Source: the human T2T-CHM13v2.0 reference genome, Homo sapiens. From it: 64,000 nucleotides of DNA. Positions within the stretch are counted from its first letter, which is position 1. The number at the start of each line of letters is the position of its first letter. Under the pieces are notes generated by a model that searched no databases, was not told the origin of the DNA, and saw only the letters and a program-made list of their open reading frames with translations. Made by a program: the position numbers and the translations under genes. Where the stretch lies: the NCBI RefSeq assembly GCF_009914755.1, contig NC_060933.1, one strand, 5' to 3'. Below are positions 51,401 through 64,000 of this stretch, piece by piece.

Positions 51401-53986
51401 AACAAGGAGAGCCTCTCTGAATGTTGAGCAGCCAAGAGAGCTGCCCACACTGGACATCAATCAGCAGCAGGGCCTGTCCTCAGGGTGACTCCATTTACCA
51501 GTTCTGGAATGACTGAAGGGCCTTGCATCAGCAGACAAATCTGATTAGTGGTGGTAGCCATCCAGGCTGACTTTTATGTCTGTGTGAAGAGCAAAGCATG
51601 TATGAGCTTCCCAGAGCTAATGTTGAAACTAAGCAGAAGCCTCAGACAGATGAATTATGGCTGGGAGATCCCATGGAGGGCATCTACCTCCTCCTGTATT
51701 ACTCAAGGGGGAAAAAAAAATCACACACCCATACAGATAACTTGCAAATATATGAATGCTGATAATGTGCTTCCACTATTGCACAAAGGAAGAAAACACA
51801 TAAATGGGTTAATTAGCTCCTATGCAGAATTTAATTAGAGTGTCTTTGTTCACTCTGCTTCAGCCAGAATCTCAATTATCCATCCCTGTTTCCAGGATTT
51901 TTGAGCATGGACGTAAATTTTCACTTGGAGCTTCCCATCTGAAGCTTGGGGGTCTCAGCCGCCTTCCACATGGCAACAGTAGCCGATTTCAACATAAAAT
52001 TTTGATTACTTTGAAGTCATCCCATTATTACAGAGAACTCTTTTCAGCACTCAAAAGGTATTCTACATTGCACCTCCCCTACACGTGTTTAATAAACTGG
52101 CTTTTAAAAAGTTCAGAATGGAGCTAGGGCTAAGAATTCTGTGATTTTTTTTCCCCATAGGATGAAACAATGATAAGTGACCTTGATTGTGTAATAACTC
52201 ATTTAACACCCACAGCAGTCCTCGAAGGTAGGTTTTATTGTTGTTATTATTATTATGAGCATTTGCTAAATAAAAAGGAGTAAGTCACACCAAGGCTAAG
52301 GGATTTGCACGAGGACTTGAGCCCAGGTATTCTGGATTCTGAGTCCACATTCTTCATCATTAATATGATTAAGAGTGCTCCTATGTCTCAATAATAAATA
52401 TTCTCTTGTGAGAAAGCCAATACCAATTCTATGGAAATTGTACATTTTAAAAATTAATTCTTTTGATAGGAATGACATTATTTAGAGCTATTCTGATTCC
52501 AAATAACACAAATCAGACACATACTTATATGAAAGGGGAAATTTTTTATGAGATTGGGGGGATAGTTCTTGAGAAACTCAGGGCAGGGAGTGCAGCTAGA
52601 CCTCAGAAACAAAGGATGCTAGAAATAGGAACAGCATCAGGAAGGCCCTATCCTTCCTCCTTATTTCTTTCTACTATCATTGGTGCCTGCTTTTTTTTTC
52701 TTTCTGTTAACAAAGTTGCATCTTCCAAGTCTCCATTTTACAGGGGGAAAAACACATACCCTCAGGTTCTGAGCTTTATTTCCTGTACTCTAGGATCCAA
52801 AGAGAGATTAGTCCAAGATTTGCTCCTCATATGTCCAGAGAGCCCAAAAAGAAAAATGATGATGATAATGATAGCTACCACTGAGGCCCTTGGGGAGGAT
52901 AGCCATATTGATTTGTGTGTCTGGTGTTTGGAATAGCCCCTCTGCAGCTCACATGTAGGTGCTGCTGTGTTTCAAAGTACAAGCATCGCAAGGGTCTCTC
53001 AACCTTATTGAGCCAGTAAGGAACTTCCCTGGGCTTTTGACAAATCTATAAGTGCTTTCCAGGATTTGATACTTGCAACAACATTGAGGAGCAGACAAGG
53101 TAAGTACATTTACCATTTTTTTTTTTTTAACAGATGAGGAAACAGAGGTCACCTAGAGAGGGAATGTTTCTTACCCAATTTTTCACTGCTAGCAAGTGAC
53201 AGAGCTCTTAGTCAATGGCTCTTTATACAACTAAATCAAAATTCAAAATACAGCTTTTAGTCATGGTCCACCCTACATTAAAGAATCCAATAAAAGTACA
53301 CCTGATTTGAAGATTAGGAGACAGATCTCCAGACTTCTGGTCTTGCCATAATTTTTTTTCCCACATTCCTAAGGAGTCTGAAGCACACATTATTTTAACA
53401 GCTCAGTATTTGGAATTTAACTTTTTCCTAGAATCATTGCTTCTTGGTACTGAACACATATAATTTTCTTTTATTATTTTCTACTTGGCTCCTAGTTTTG
53501 CTTGCCAAGTTTGGATTATGAAAAAGTGGCCAATGTTGTAGATGTCAAAGCTTTGAATGTTCAGATTATCCATATAGAAGCCATGAGTTCTTTTGTTCCT
53601 TCCCTACCTTCTTAAAGAATATTTCCTCCATTCGACAACCTATCAATCACTGTCATCAATTAATACATGTGGATACCCACTCCTTGGAGATTCACACTGC
53701 TCCTGCTCTCTATAGGGGCTCCTTCAACACATTTCCAGGGAAATTAGAACAGATCTCTTGGGTAAATGGTGTCCTACAAATCATGAATATGTAGTTAACC
53801 AGCTGTACTGCATCTCACACTCTAAGGCACACAAAGTTGGTTTTAATTCTGCATTTAAAACAAGAGAGATTCAGGTTGAATCTAAAAGAGAACATCTTGA
53901 TCATCCAAGGGAAAAATACTGGCAGGATCTACTCAATGAAAATGTTGCTTTTTTGTGTCTAGAAACCTGTATTAGTGCTGGCTCTT

Positions 53987-54527
53987 GTGGTACTCAGCTT
54001 CCAGGTGGCCCCCAATGATTTTCACCTCCTGGTATTCATGCCATTGTATAGTCCCCTCCCACCATGAATATGGATGATCTGTGTAACCAATAGGATATTA
54101 CAGAAATGACGGCGTTTGACCTCTGAGGCTAGGTCATAAAAGACATTGTGGCTCTCACTCTAGTTTCTCTTGTATTCCTTGTTTAGAAAAAAGCCAGCTG
54201 CCATGTCATGAAGACATGAAAGCAGCCCATGAAGAGACCCATATGGGGAGAGCCAAGGACGCCTGGTAACAGCTAGCATCAACTTTTAGAAATGTGAGTG
54301 AACTACCTTGGAAGTGGACCTTCCAGCCCCAGTCTAGTCTTCAAATGATGATAGCCCCATCTGATATCTTGCCTTCAACTGCATGAGAGATTCTGAGCTA
54401 CAACCACTCAGCTAAGCTGCTACCAAATTCCTGACCCATATAAACGGTGAGATAATAAATGTCTACTGTTGTTTCAAGCCACTAAATTTACGGGCAATTT
54501 GTTATGCAGCAAAAGATTATCAATACA
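53987..54527 (+). mobile_element. MLT1F-like LTR, followed by LTR16-like sequence to ~54920
   Basis: ggcccccaatgattttcacctcctggtattcatgcc...tttgttatgcagcaaaagattatcaataca. Confidence 0.85.
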
Positions 54528-57500
54528 GCTTTAAAATCCTATTCTGCCTATATCCCACCTTAGAGCAGCTACATTTACATAACCCCTAATGCATGAGCAC
54601 AGCTGAGCTATGTGCCATGTGCCCAGCGAGCTCTTCAGCCTGACCACAGCTGACTGGAACAGGCAGCTAGACCCAGACACAATAGACTAGGCCCAGTAGA
54701 TTCCCCTTTCAGGAGTTTGGGTTTGAGTAAATGGAAGACGGAGTCAGCTACTGCTGGGCACTGCTTCTGAAAAAGCAATGAAGAGTTGGGGGCTGTGTCA
54801 GCCATCATGATTTGGAAAAGCAGAGGGCTATGAATACCTGTGACTGTGGAAGAAGGAGCAGAGGCACAGACAGGAGAGAAAACAAATGTGAATGTAGCTT
54901 TGGGTCCCAGTGGCTTCTCAGTGCCTCTTCACAGGGGACTTGACACTAACTCTGAACTGCTCAGTCTCTAAGAAGTTCCAAACTTTATGATTTACACCAA
55001 TCTGAGTTACACCCACAAAGACCTCTGACCCATAAGCACTTTCCAGGGTCATTTGATAATCACCTTTCCAAATGTTTAGGTATTTACCTGGAAGAATGAA
55101 GGGTTCTGGACTTGAGCTCTTAAGAAGTAGTGTTTCATGGAGGAAATAACATACGTTCTTTGCCATCACTCCATTTTAAAGCTGAAGAATCACTCAGAGA
55201 AAGTGGCTTGCACACAGTGCTATGGTGATTTAAAGAAGTAATGCTCTCTCCCTGGTACCAAATAAGAACACAATTAAGAAAACTGTCTTCTCTAGACTTG
55301 TGTTCATTCCTTTCTGCTACTAACAAGCTCAAGATCAGAGGAGATTCATGCAGGTTTAGAACAATGTTCTTTTTAGTCTGAACACCATGACTTGCTATGA
55401 TGAATAGCTGAAGCGGCAGGTTCTAGGAGATACAGGCACATCCCTGCATTGCTTATTGATGTGACCCTATCTCATAGAGAGGACACATCCTCGAGGGGCC
55501 CTGCATTGGCTTACACATTAATTTGGTACTGAGACTGAGCCCTCTGTGTGCAGAGGAGCCCTGGTAAGGAGCCTTTAGCTTCCATAAAAGAATAATGCTA
55601 AGTACACATTTTATGTGCCAGCCTCCTGCTCCAGACAGATCTCACAAAAAAAGAATCTTTACAGGTGAAAAGTGGTAAGAGCTCCCTTTGCTTTTCATTG
55701 CAAGAGGGTATCTCATGCATCTGAGAAAATGAGGTCAGAGGAAGTCAGATTAGGAAAAGGTGGGTGAGGATGGGAGCAGCAGAGGAAGTCTTTATGCAGG
55801 AGGTGTGGGGTACGAGCTGCGCCTTGCACAGGTGGAGAGGTGGGAGGTGAGCCCTGCAGACCAGAAAGGTGGAGGAACACAGCTTTAGTGTTAATTTCCA
55901 AATGGAGCCTGAAGATGTTTCCATCATGAATACAAAATTATTTCTTCTGCAAGGAATGTTTCATGCTTCCATAAACAGCCTACGCCTGTATGATTTTATG
56001 GGAGAAATACTCCATAATAGGGAAAGATTTCTACTTACAGGGAGTTTTTAAGTAGCTGCAATGATGTGCCTTCAATAAAAGAAGAAATGAAACATCAGAG
56101 ACACTTAACAGGAATGGTCTTGGATCATGTGACTATTCTTTGATGTCTCTGGAGGACATTGCCTTGTTCATGTTTCTGTTTCTCAGCCCAAGGAATTTAA
56201 GGTTTGGGGGCTTTGGACCTGTTCATTGTTCCAGTCTCAATTCTCATCATTCCTCCTTCCAAGTCTATGTTCTTGCCATACTGAACTATCACCATTTCCC
56301 AGAGGCAGTGCTTTTATAGTCCCATATCCAAGCTTATGCGTCTGCCATTCCATCTGCCTTGAATATTTTCTCAGACCTGTCTTTACCTGGTTAACTTCTT
56401 CTCTTGTTTTGAAGCTCAGATGAGATATCAATACATCTGAGAAGTTTTTTGTGTTCCCTTTCACTCTCTGTTCCCCTAAATTTTCCATTAGAGATCTGTA
56501 CTGGACACTTGCCATGCTTTTTGAGCTGTGCAGTAGCAGCTTTTGAACACACAATTTCTCTGGTTGGACACTATCCTGCCTCATTCTCAACTTGATTGGT
56601 GCAGTCTCAGCCTCATCAGCTGAGCATTCTTGGGTCAGGCCTTATTAGAAAGCCAGTGACATGAGAAAGGGGACATGCACAAAGTATTTTTCCTAGCCAA
56701 GCTGACAGCAAGTGCACCTAGTGTTCAGGTCAGAGAAAGTGGAAGTTCTGGTATTTGGCATCCACGGCAGGGGCTATGTGCTGCTGTTTTCGGTCAGGGG
56801 GCAGCAGGGTGGGATTTGCTGGCATGTCCCCACACTGTGGTTTGGGGGTTGTATGGTGTAAAAACTTGGATGTTAATCACTTTCAGTCCAATCCTTTCAT
56901 CAATTCATTTTTCTCCTTAAATTACCTTAAAGGGTTATTTTCAGCTAAGAACTCTGAATGAGGCAGTACCCCCTCCTCTGTGCCCCAACAGCCTCCTGAG
57001 CTTTCCTTTTTCATTCCACATTGTGATTTATTCCATCTGATTGCCTTCTTACTTGCACATCAATTTCCTGTGGTTTAGGACCAAGTATACATTCTTCATA
57101 ATTATACCCCAGTTCATTCTGCAATGCCTGGTGAAATAAGTATCCACTGATTAAATAAATGTGCAAATATTTTTCCATATGCCTTTTACTATTGTCTCAT
57201 TCAAGAGGATACTTTTCAACTACACTTCTATTCAGAACGAGCCAAATGCAGAGCACATGTCTGTGGGCACCAGAGTGTCCTAGGAGAGCCAGTTAGAATC
57301 AGGAGTGGACAGCTACACAGAACAGCCAGATATAAAACAGAGAGGCTTGTACCTAAAGAAGGTAGAAACGCTCATTGCAAGGCTTAAATATCAGAGACTT
57401 CTGTCTGTTTTAAAAGGTGAGGGCAAATCCTTGGACAGAGGCTAGGGAAACCAGCGACAGGAGCTGAACATAGAAAACAGGTCTCAGGAGTACAGTATCA

Positions 57501-57899
57501 GCAGGTGGGAGGAAGAATGAACAAACACTTTCCCAGGGATGAGTGGAGGAGGCAGGTAGAAAGGAAGCAGATGTACAAAGGCCTTGAGGTGGAAGGTCTG
57601 GACACACCCCAGGAATAGAAGGAAAGCAGGTGAGGCTGGAAGCAGTGATGGGCCCCAAGCCATTGGCACAGAGAATCCATGCTGCCTGAGAAATTCTCCT
57701 CGACTTCTACCTGGAAAGCCACTACTCATCCTTCACATCAGCTTGGGTCCAAGATCCCCACCAGGAAACATTTCCTGACCTGAACTTGACTTGAATCATT
57801 TACTGGAACCCCGAGACCCTGTTGTTTCTGCCCAAGCACTTATAGTGTTAGAATATAGTTATCTGTTTATATGCCTGTCTTATAATACTAACCAATACT

Positions 57900-58135
57900 G
57901 GTAACAATAATAGTTGCCATTTGCTGTATGTCAAACACTCTTTTCATATCATTCATTAAATTCTCCCCCAAATCTGTACCATTGGCACCATGATTATCTT
58001 TACTTTTCAGATGGTGAAAGTAAGACTCAGAGAAGTAAAGTGACTAGCTTAAAGTTGCATAGTCAGTAAATGGCAAAGGGGAGGTATGAACTCAAAGTCT
58101 GCTTGATTCCAGGGCCTCTGCCCTTAAACACTAGT
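57900..58135. mobile_element. MIR
   Basis: ttttcagatggtgaaagtaagactcagagaagtaaagtgactagc. Confidence 0.75.
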
Positions 58136-61009
58136 TTATAATGACTTAATGCCATATCCCAGCTGGATATCCGAGCTCCAGTTTTCTTACCCTTTTTGAA
58201 GCTCAAGAAGGCAAGTGAGGATTTAGGAGTAAGGAAAGAAAAGTAAGTTGTCAGAGTGACACAGTGTCTGGCGGAGCTGAAACTGGAATCCAGATCTCTC
58301 AGTTAATCTTTAGGAGAACTATCTAGGAAGATGAGGCTGGCCCAAGTAGACTGGGGTGAGTGTTGGAGGAGGAAGGGAATATTAGTAATTGGCTCTGCAG
58401 GTGGGCCAAATACCAGTGTGCAGGAGAAATAATTTTTGCACAGAGAGCCTGCTGGTAATTAATATCCTGTGACTCTGGACAAGCTGCTGCCATCAAGAGC
58501 CAGCAAGGCCTGTACAGTCTTGCTGCTCTGCTTAGCAGATATATCCAGACACTAGATGCTCTGAGGGGAAATGCCTCCGATTGGCGTTGGCTCCCCTCCT
58601 AAAAAGCCGAGATTTATGGGCAGGCCCATGGGGGCAGAGTGGAGAATGGCTTCAGGCTCAATTTCAGCTGTTCCACAATGGGGCCCTAGTTCCTCTTCTC
58701 TTACTTTCAAGCTAGCAGGTAAAAAGATAATAGAAGTATGGAATCTTGGACCTGGTTCTGTCCTTTGAGATCCTCTTAAATGGGACATCCAAACATGCTG
58801 GTCCTCACAATTATCTAGGGCATTGTGAAAAACACACATTGTGAGACTCGCTTAAGACCCCAAGGCACAGATATTGGCAGTTTCTAACAGCATCTAGAGG
58901 GATGCTGATGATCAGCCAGGTGGAAGAATCTGTGATCTAACCCAATAGAATGATGGCCACATTATATAGATGGGAAAACAGAATATAGGAGGGGAGGGTG
59001 CAAGCAGCATAAGAAAGTGGTTAAAACCTTGACTCTGCCATGTGGTTTAGAGAAAGTAACTGAACCTTCTCAAACTCCAGTTTTTTTCATATTAAAAACA
59101 AAACAGAGCTTATTTCGAAGCACTCTTGTGAGATGTAAGTGTAAAGTCACACAGTTCCTGACAAAGTAAATGTTTGCTGTTATTAAGCAGGAGGTTGGAG
59201 CAGACAAATACAATAATTATAATCTAGTAGGATTAACAGTTTTGGTCATTTTTATGGTTGTTGTTGCTCACCATTCTCTTCTCTGTACTCCGTTAGAGAA
59301 AACCTCTCCCTGGACAACAAGCTGAGCACCCCATACACGACTATGTAGATGAACTCCCTTGCTGTGATATGAACTTTTTTTTTCCTCTGAGTTTCCCCTC
59401 TTGCCAGATCAGCTTACAAAGACCTAAACAGACCCCACTGCCTGACCTGCCATCAGAGGCCCTTTAGAGTGGAGCATCTGAGAGAATTGATCCATCTCAC
59501 AGTCCAGGGACCCACAGGCAAGGACATGGATGATTTTCCGGGACACGGGCTCAAGGCCTGGACCCAGGGCGTCTCCAGCTACTACTCCCTGGATCTCTCT
59601 TTTGAAGAGACCAAATGCAGAGAGCTGGCCAGTGTGGGTGTGTAGTCCGCGATGTATTTGCATATCTCAATTTCAATGCAGGTACTTTGTGTTGTTATGT
59701 GCATGCATGTGTGTACACATATCTGCAGGCACAGAATAGACAAATCCACCACACTGAGATTGGGTGGGAATAAAAGGCACTGAGTTTTACACATCTTCTA
59801 TGGTGATAAGTATGTAACATGTATTTGTTAAATGGATGGATAGAATGAGTGAATAAATGACTGAACAAATGAAGAAATGCGCAAGTGTCTCAAATGGAAG
59901 CCATGGGAAAGCTTTCCAAATCCAAAGTGTGAAGTCAGAGACTGATACATCTATGTCTCTGAAAATATTTGTTCCTTCGTTTGAGATGACAATTTTCAGT
60001 CTTCTAAGTTTTACAGTTAGACAGGCTTAGATGAGAAACTCAGCACAAGCTTCTTAGCCTCTCTAAGCAGCAATTTCTTTTTAAATCAGAGATGTCAATA
60101 TTCTCACTTAAGTTTGTGATGAAGATTAAATCAAGTAACATATGTATGTTATGTGCCAAGCACAGTGCCTGTCACAGGGGAACTTAGTATATCTTTTCTT
60201 TCTCTCTCCGTTGCTACTCCCTCTCTGTCTTCTCATTGTCTCTTTCCCTACTTTCCCCCTTCCTGTTTCCTTTCCCTGCTTATCCTCCTCCCTCTTTCCT
60301 TCTTTCTTTTCTTTTCTTCCTCTGTGTTTCTTCCCTCAAGGATACAGCAATGCATTATCTTTCAAAACACTTCACTAAAAATGTTGGCAGAATTCCCTGG
60401 GGTTGAGACGGTGCCTCAGAAGGTCAGCTTGGAGACAAGAGAATGTTCCAGACGGGTGTGGGCATGCTTTCCAAACTTCAAGCCCCGTTACGAGTTCACT
60501 ATTTAATTCCTTCTAAGAGTCAGTGTAGTGCAACAGGAAGAAAAAAAAATAAAGTAGACTAATTTGATATTTTGTCCAAGTTCTCCCATTATGGGAGACT
60601 GAGCCCTGGAGGTGAACCTTGGATCAATCCCTTTCCCTTTCTGGTCCTCAGTTTTCCTATCTGTCAGATGAGGAGATTGAATTAAATGAGAACTCTTACA
60701 ACCCTTCATTGCTAGGTGAGAGTATACATATTTTATGTGCTGGAGAAAAGAGTTTCCTCCTGTATCTTGTGTACAAGGCTCAGAATGTGAGATGGGGACA
60801 GAATTTACAAGGATCTCATTCAATTGCACTTAGCCATATAGAGTGATGTTGGGGTTGACAACTGAAGGAACATATCTTAAGGGTTAAGGCCGTTCAAGAA
60901 AAAGAAAGGGGGGCCCTTGGGAATTGTCCTTCTTTTGGTCTCCAGATGTGTGGTGTTAGAAGAACATCCTTCAAGAATGCCTCCCCTCATTAGGAAGAAA
61001 TAATCATTA

Positions 61010-61550
61010 TGATTACATTAATAACTACCATTTATTAAGCATTATTCAATTCCAAGACCTGTGCTAAGTACTTTATGTACAATATCTGTCATGTCTTTTT
61101 AAATAAAATATAGGGTCAATGCTACTACTATTATTTACATTTTATAGATAGGTAAGTGGCTTGCAAGGTGAATGGCAGGTAGGATGTGAACCGAGACTAT
61201 CTAACTTCACAGACTGTGCTCTTAACAGCTACCATACCCAGCATCTCTGAGAGCAGTTACAACCCAACAGATACTTCTAATGGCACTGCTGCTATGACCA
61301 GAACTACTGCAAGGACCAATGGTGGTGATAATAGGCTATCCTTTATGTTGATATTTTGCACTTTTTTAAAAAAATCCTCTCCATTGTTTCTTAACACCAT
61401 TCCAGAGGAAAAAATAAAGGGGTAATTGGATTTTCCCCATTTCACAGATTAAGAAAATGAGGCTCTGAGAATTTGTTTCTTGTATAATAACACAGTAAGG
61501 GACAGAGCTAATACCATGGCCCTTGGCTCTAAATGTAGCCTTTTTCCTTA
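61010..61550. mobile_element. Two MIR fragments
   Basis: taccatttattaagca...tgtgctaagtacttt; cccatttcacagattaagaaaatgaggct. Confidence 0.7.
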
Positions 61551-64000
61551 AGGTGATGTTAAAGGCTCCTTAAATGAAGTGTAATTGCACCTCTAGCAAG
61601 AGGGTAAACTGAGACACAGTTTATCTGTTTGCCACATTTTCTATAGAAGTTGTGATTGTGCTAGGTGCAGAGAGTGGTCTCTCTGCTCATTGTCCTCTCT
61701 GCTTCGGCTGCCCCATTCTGCGTGCCTGCCAGAAGATTCCCTGGTATCAGGTAAGACAGAAACTTTCCAGTAGATCAGGCTCGGTAACCCACTTGCCTCA
61801 GTTCAGCACGCAGCACAGAAAGCTCGGATGTCATTAATCACGGTTGTTTCCATAAAGTGCCATCATCTCGTGTCCCAGGCACAAACGTACATACCCAAGA
61901 GAGAAACTCTAGAAAGAGAAGCCAAGGCATGCGCTCTAGCACCAGACAAGGAGGAAGGGGCTGAGGTTACTGAAGTGTCAGAGAAAGGGTGAAATCTTTA
62001 GCACTCCTGTTGGGAAAAAGCTTTGCTTAGAGTCCTATCAGACTACCAGAACCTCAGCCTCCAGGAGCAACTTACCCAGAATTAAATCCTGATGCCCTCT
62101 GTTGGTGTTTTCCAGTAATGGTAAAAGTTTAGAGATTTAGAAAGGAAACAACAATTTCTGGAACGCAGATATAAACCCCATAAAGCCCAATGAACCCTGT
62201 AATTACATATAAACACAAATTCACTTGTACCATGTGTTTATTCTCAGCACCTGCAAAATAGAACCACAGACAGCCCTATGATTAATGGCACAGTGCATTG
62301 AGCATGTATTATATGGTGGCAATGTGCCAAGTTCTTTACACACATCATCCTTCCTGCAGTCACAGATAGTAGGCATTACTCTCTCCCATTTACAAAGGGG
62401 AAAAAGAGGAGCAGGGAATTCATATAACACACCCAGAGTTAGTAAAACTATGCCCTGGCAGATCTTGAATGTTAACCTAAGTGAATTTGGCTCCAGAATC
62501 CATGCTGCCTCCTAACTTAGAAATGGAGTTACAACTTGAACCTGGATCTCCTAACCTTCAGCCACATTACCTTTACATTACTGTGTACAAAATACAGATG
62601 TTTGGACTCTCCTAGTCCACATGGAGACACACTGAGCTAAATTTAGCCTTCTGTTCTGGACACCACTGAGGAACGCAATGTTTGATCCAATAAATGAGAT
62701 CCTGTTTTCCCACCTGTGTTTAGAACCAGTTGAGAGTTACACACGGGAGTAAAAAGGGAAAAATCATTCATTCATTTTTTCTACTGTTAAATCTCTTGGG
62801 TTTTATGGCTCTGGGCCTGTTGCCCAAGTGGACCTGCTAGTATTTCATTCCTGAATAAGTGAAGCTCACCTGCTCAGTCATTGGTACAGCGGTCAATCAC
62901 AGGCCTCTACCTTTAGAGAGATAATCTGTTTGACGAAGCTTAGCACATGACAGAAGCAGAGAGTGCCTCCTTCTTACAGGCAGGAAGACCTGAAACAGAC
63001 AAATACATAAATAATCAAGGCTGCAGATTGAGCTGTGTATGCCCATTTCTTTCTGCAGAACCCACTAATCAGATAAGTTATTCCTCTTCTCCTGGGGTTA
63101 TAGAGCAGCAACAATATTATGTTAATGGAAGTTCCTTCCAAATGACATGAGAAGCTGAGTATAAGCAATTTCACTTAAATGCTGTCGTTTCAGGGGTTCA
63201 CTAATTCAGAATACATAAAGTTCCTCTTAGGATTATCTGCAAAGTTTGGCAAGTGAGTTAAAGCTGAAATCTAGAGTACACAGAACAATTAGATTCCTTG
63301 AAAGATGGATTTTCAAGAATTGCATTATAACTAGCTTGTGATATACTAGTTACCAATAAATATTTTTCAATTTCCATCAGCATGTCCCCATAGGAACTTG
63401 AATTAAATTCTATCCAAAACATGGGCTTCTGGAGTTTAGACAATCCTTCTTTTAATTAGTACAAGTGATGAGTCTGGCTCAAGGTAAATGAGTTATAGTG
63501 TTGACTTTTGCGAGCTACATTCTAAGATGGAAAGTTTTATTGTAAGCCCAACTTTTGCCTGCTTGAAATTCTCTGAAAATCTTCCTTTTGGATGGTAACT
63601 TGTCAGACCCATGTCTTGTCATAAGTTGGAGAAAATCAATGCCACTATTTGGGAGTCGGACTCAATCTGAAGGCAATAGGCTTGCAACATTTAATTATTT
63701 CACACTCCACTCACCAGGCCATGAAAGTGTCAATTTCACCTGAGGGATAAAGGTACCAGGAAAGAAAAACTGGCCCAAGTGTGGGAAAACAATAAATTAT
63801 GGTTAACAACAGCAGCAACCTTTAGAAGTTAAAGAAGCAGCTTTCCCCAGAGAGGGACTAGAGGGGGATTGAAAGATATAGACCTGTATATTGATTTTCT
63901 CCTAATTTTACTAATAAAAAATTAGAATTCTAGAAAATAGGTGTATAAAGTGACCTTAGAGGTGATTATATCAAACTGTTTTAGTTTATTGGTATAGTGA

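Overview
Human (primate) genomic DNA containing the 5' end of ASTN2 (astrotactin-2) on the minus strand. Coding exon 1 (28324-28765, 442 nt, phase-1 GT donor) sits in a CpG-island promoter. Positions 1-28323 are the first 28 kb of intron 1, and about 29.3-64 kb is upstream non-coding DNA. Both flanks are dense in old repeats (L2, MIR, MaLR/ERVL LTRs, hAT/TcMar DNA elements) plus six Alu copies or fragments. No other credible protein-coding exon was found. The most notable observations are five. (1) A truncated THE1 element in intron 1, sense to ASTN2, retains a branch point, splice acceptor and AATAAA, forming a potential gene-trap terminal exon in frame with exon 1 (predicted 168-aa product with a signal peptide and no TM segment). 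(2) That element is flanked by an abnormally long 27-39 bp duplication. (3) An unexplained ~65-70 bp inverted repeat lies at 23.1/24.0 kb. (4) A 59-bp templated copy of local sequence is inserted in an MLT1 LTR. (5) There are candidate enhancers, including a PBX/MEIS motif cluster at ~51.4 kb. Repeat subfamily names are recognised from memory and their boundaries are approximate; many small MIR/L2 fragments are not listed.
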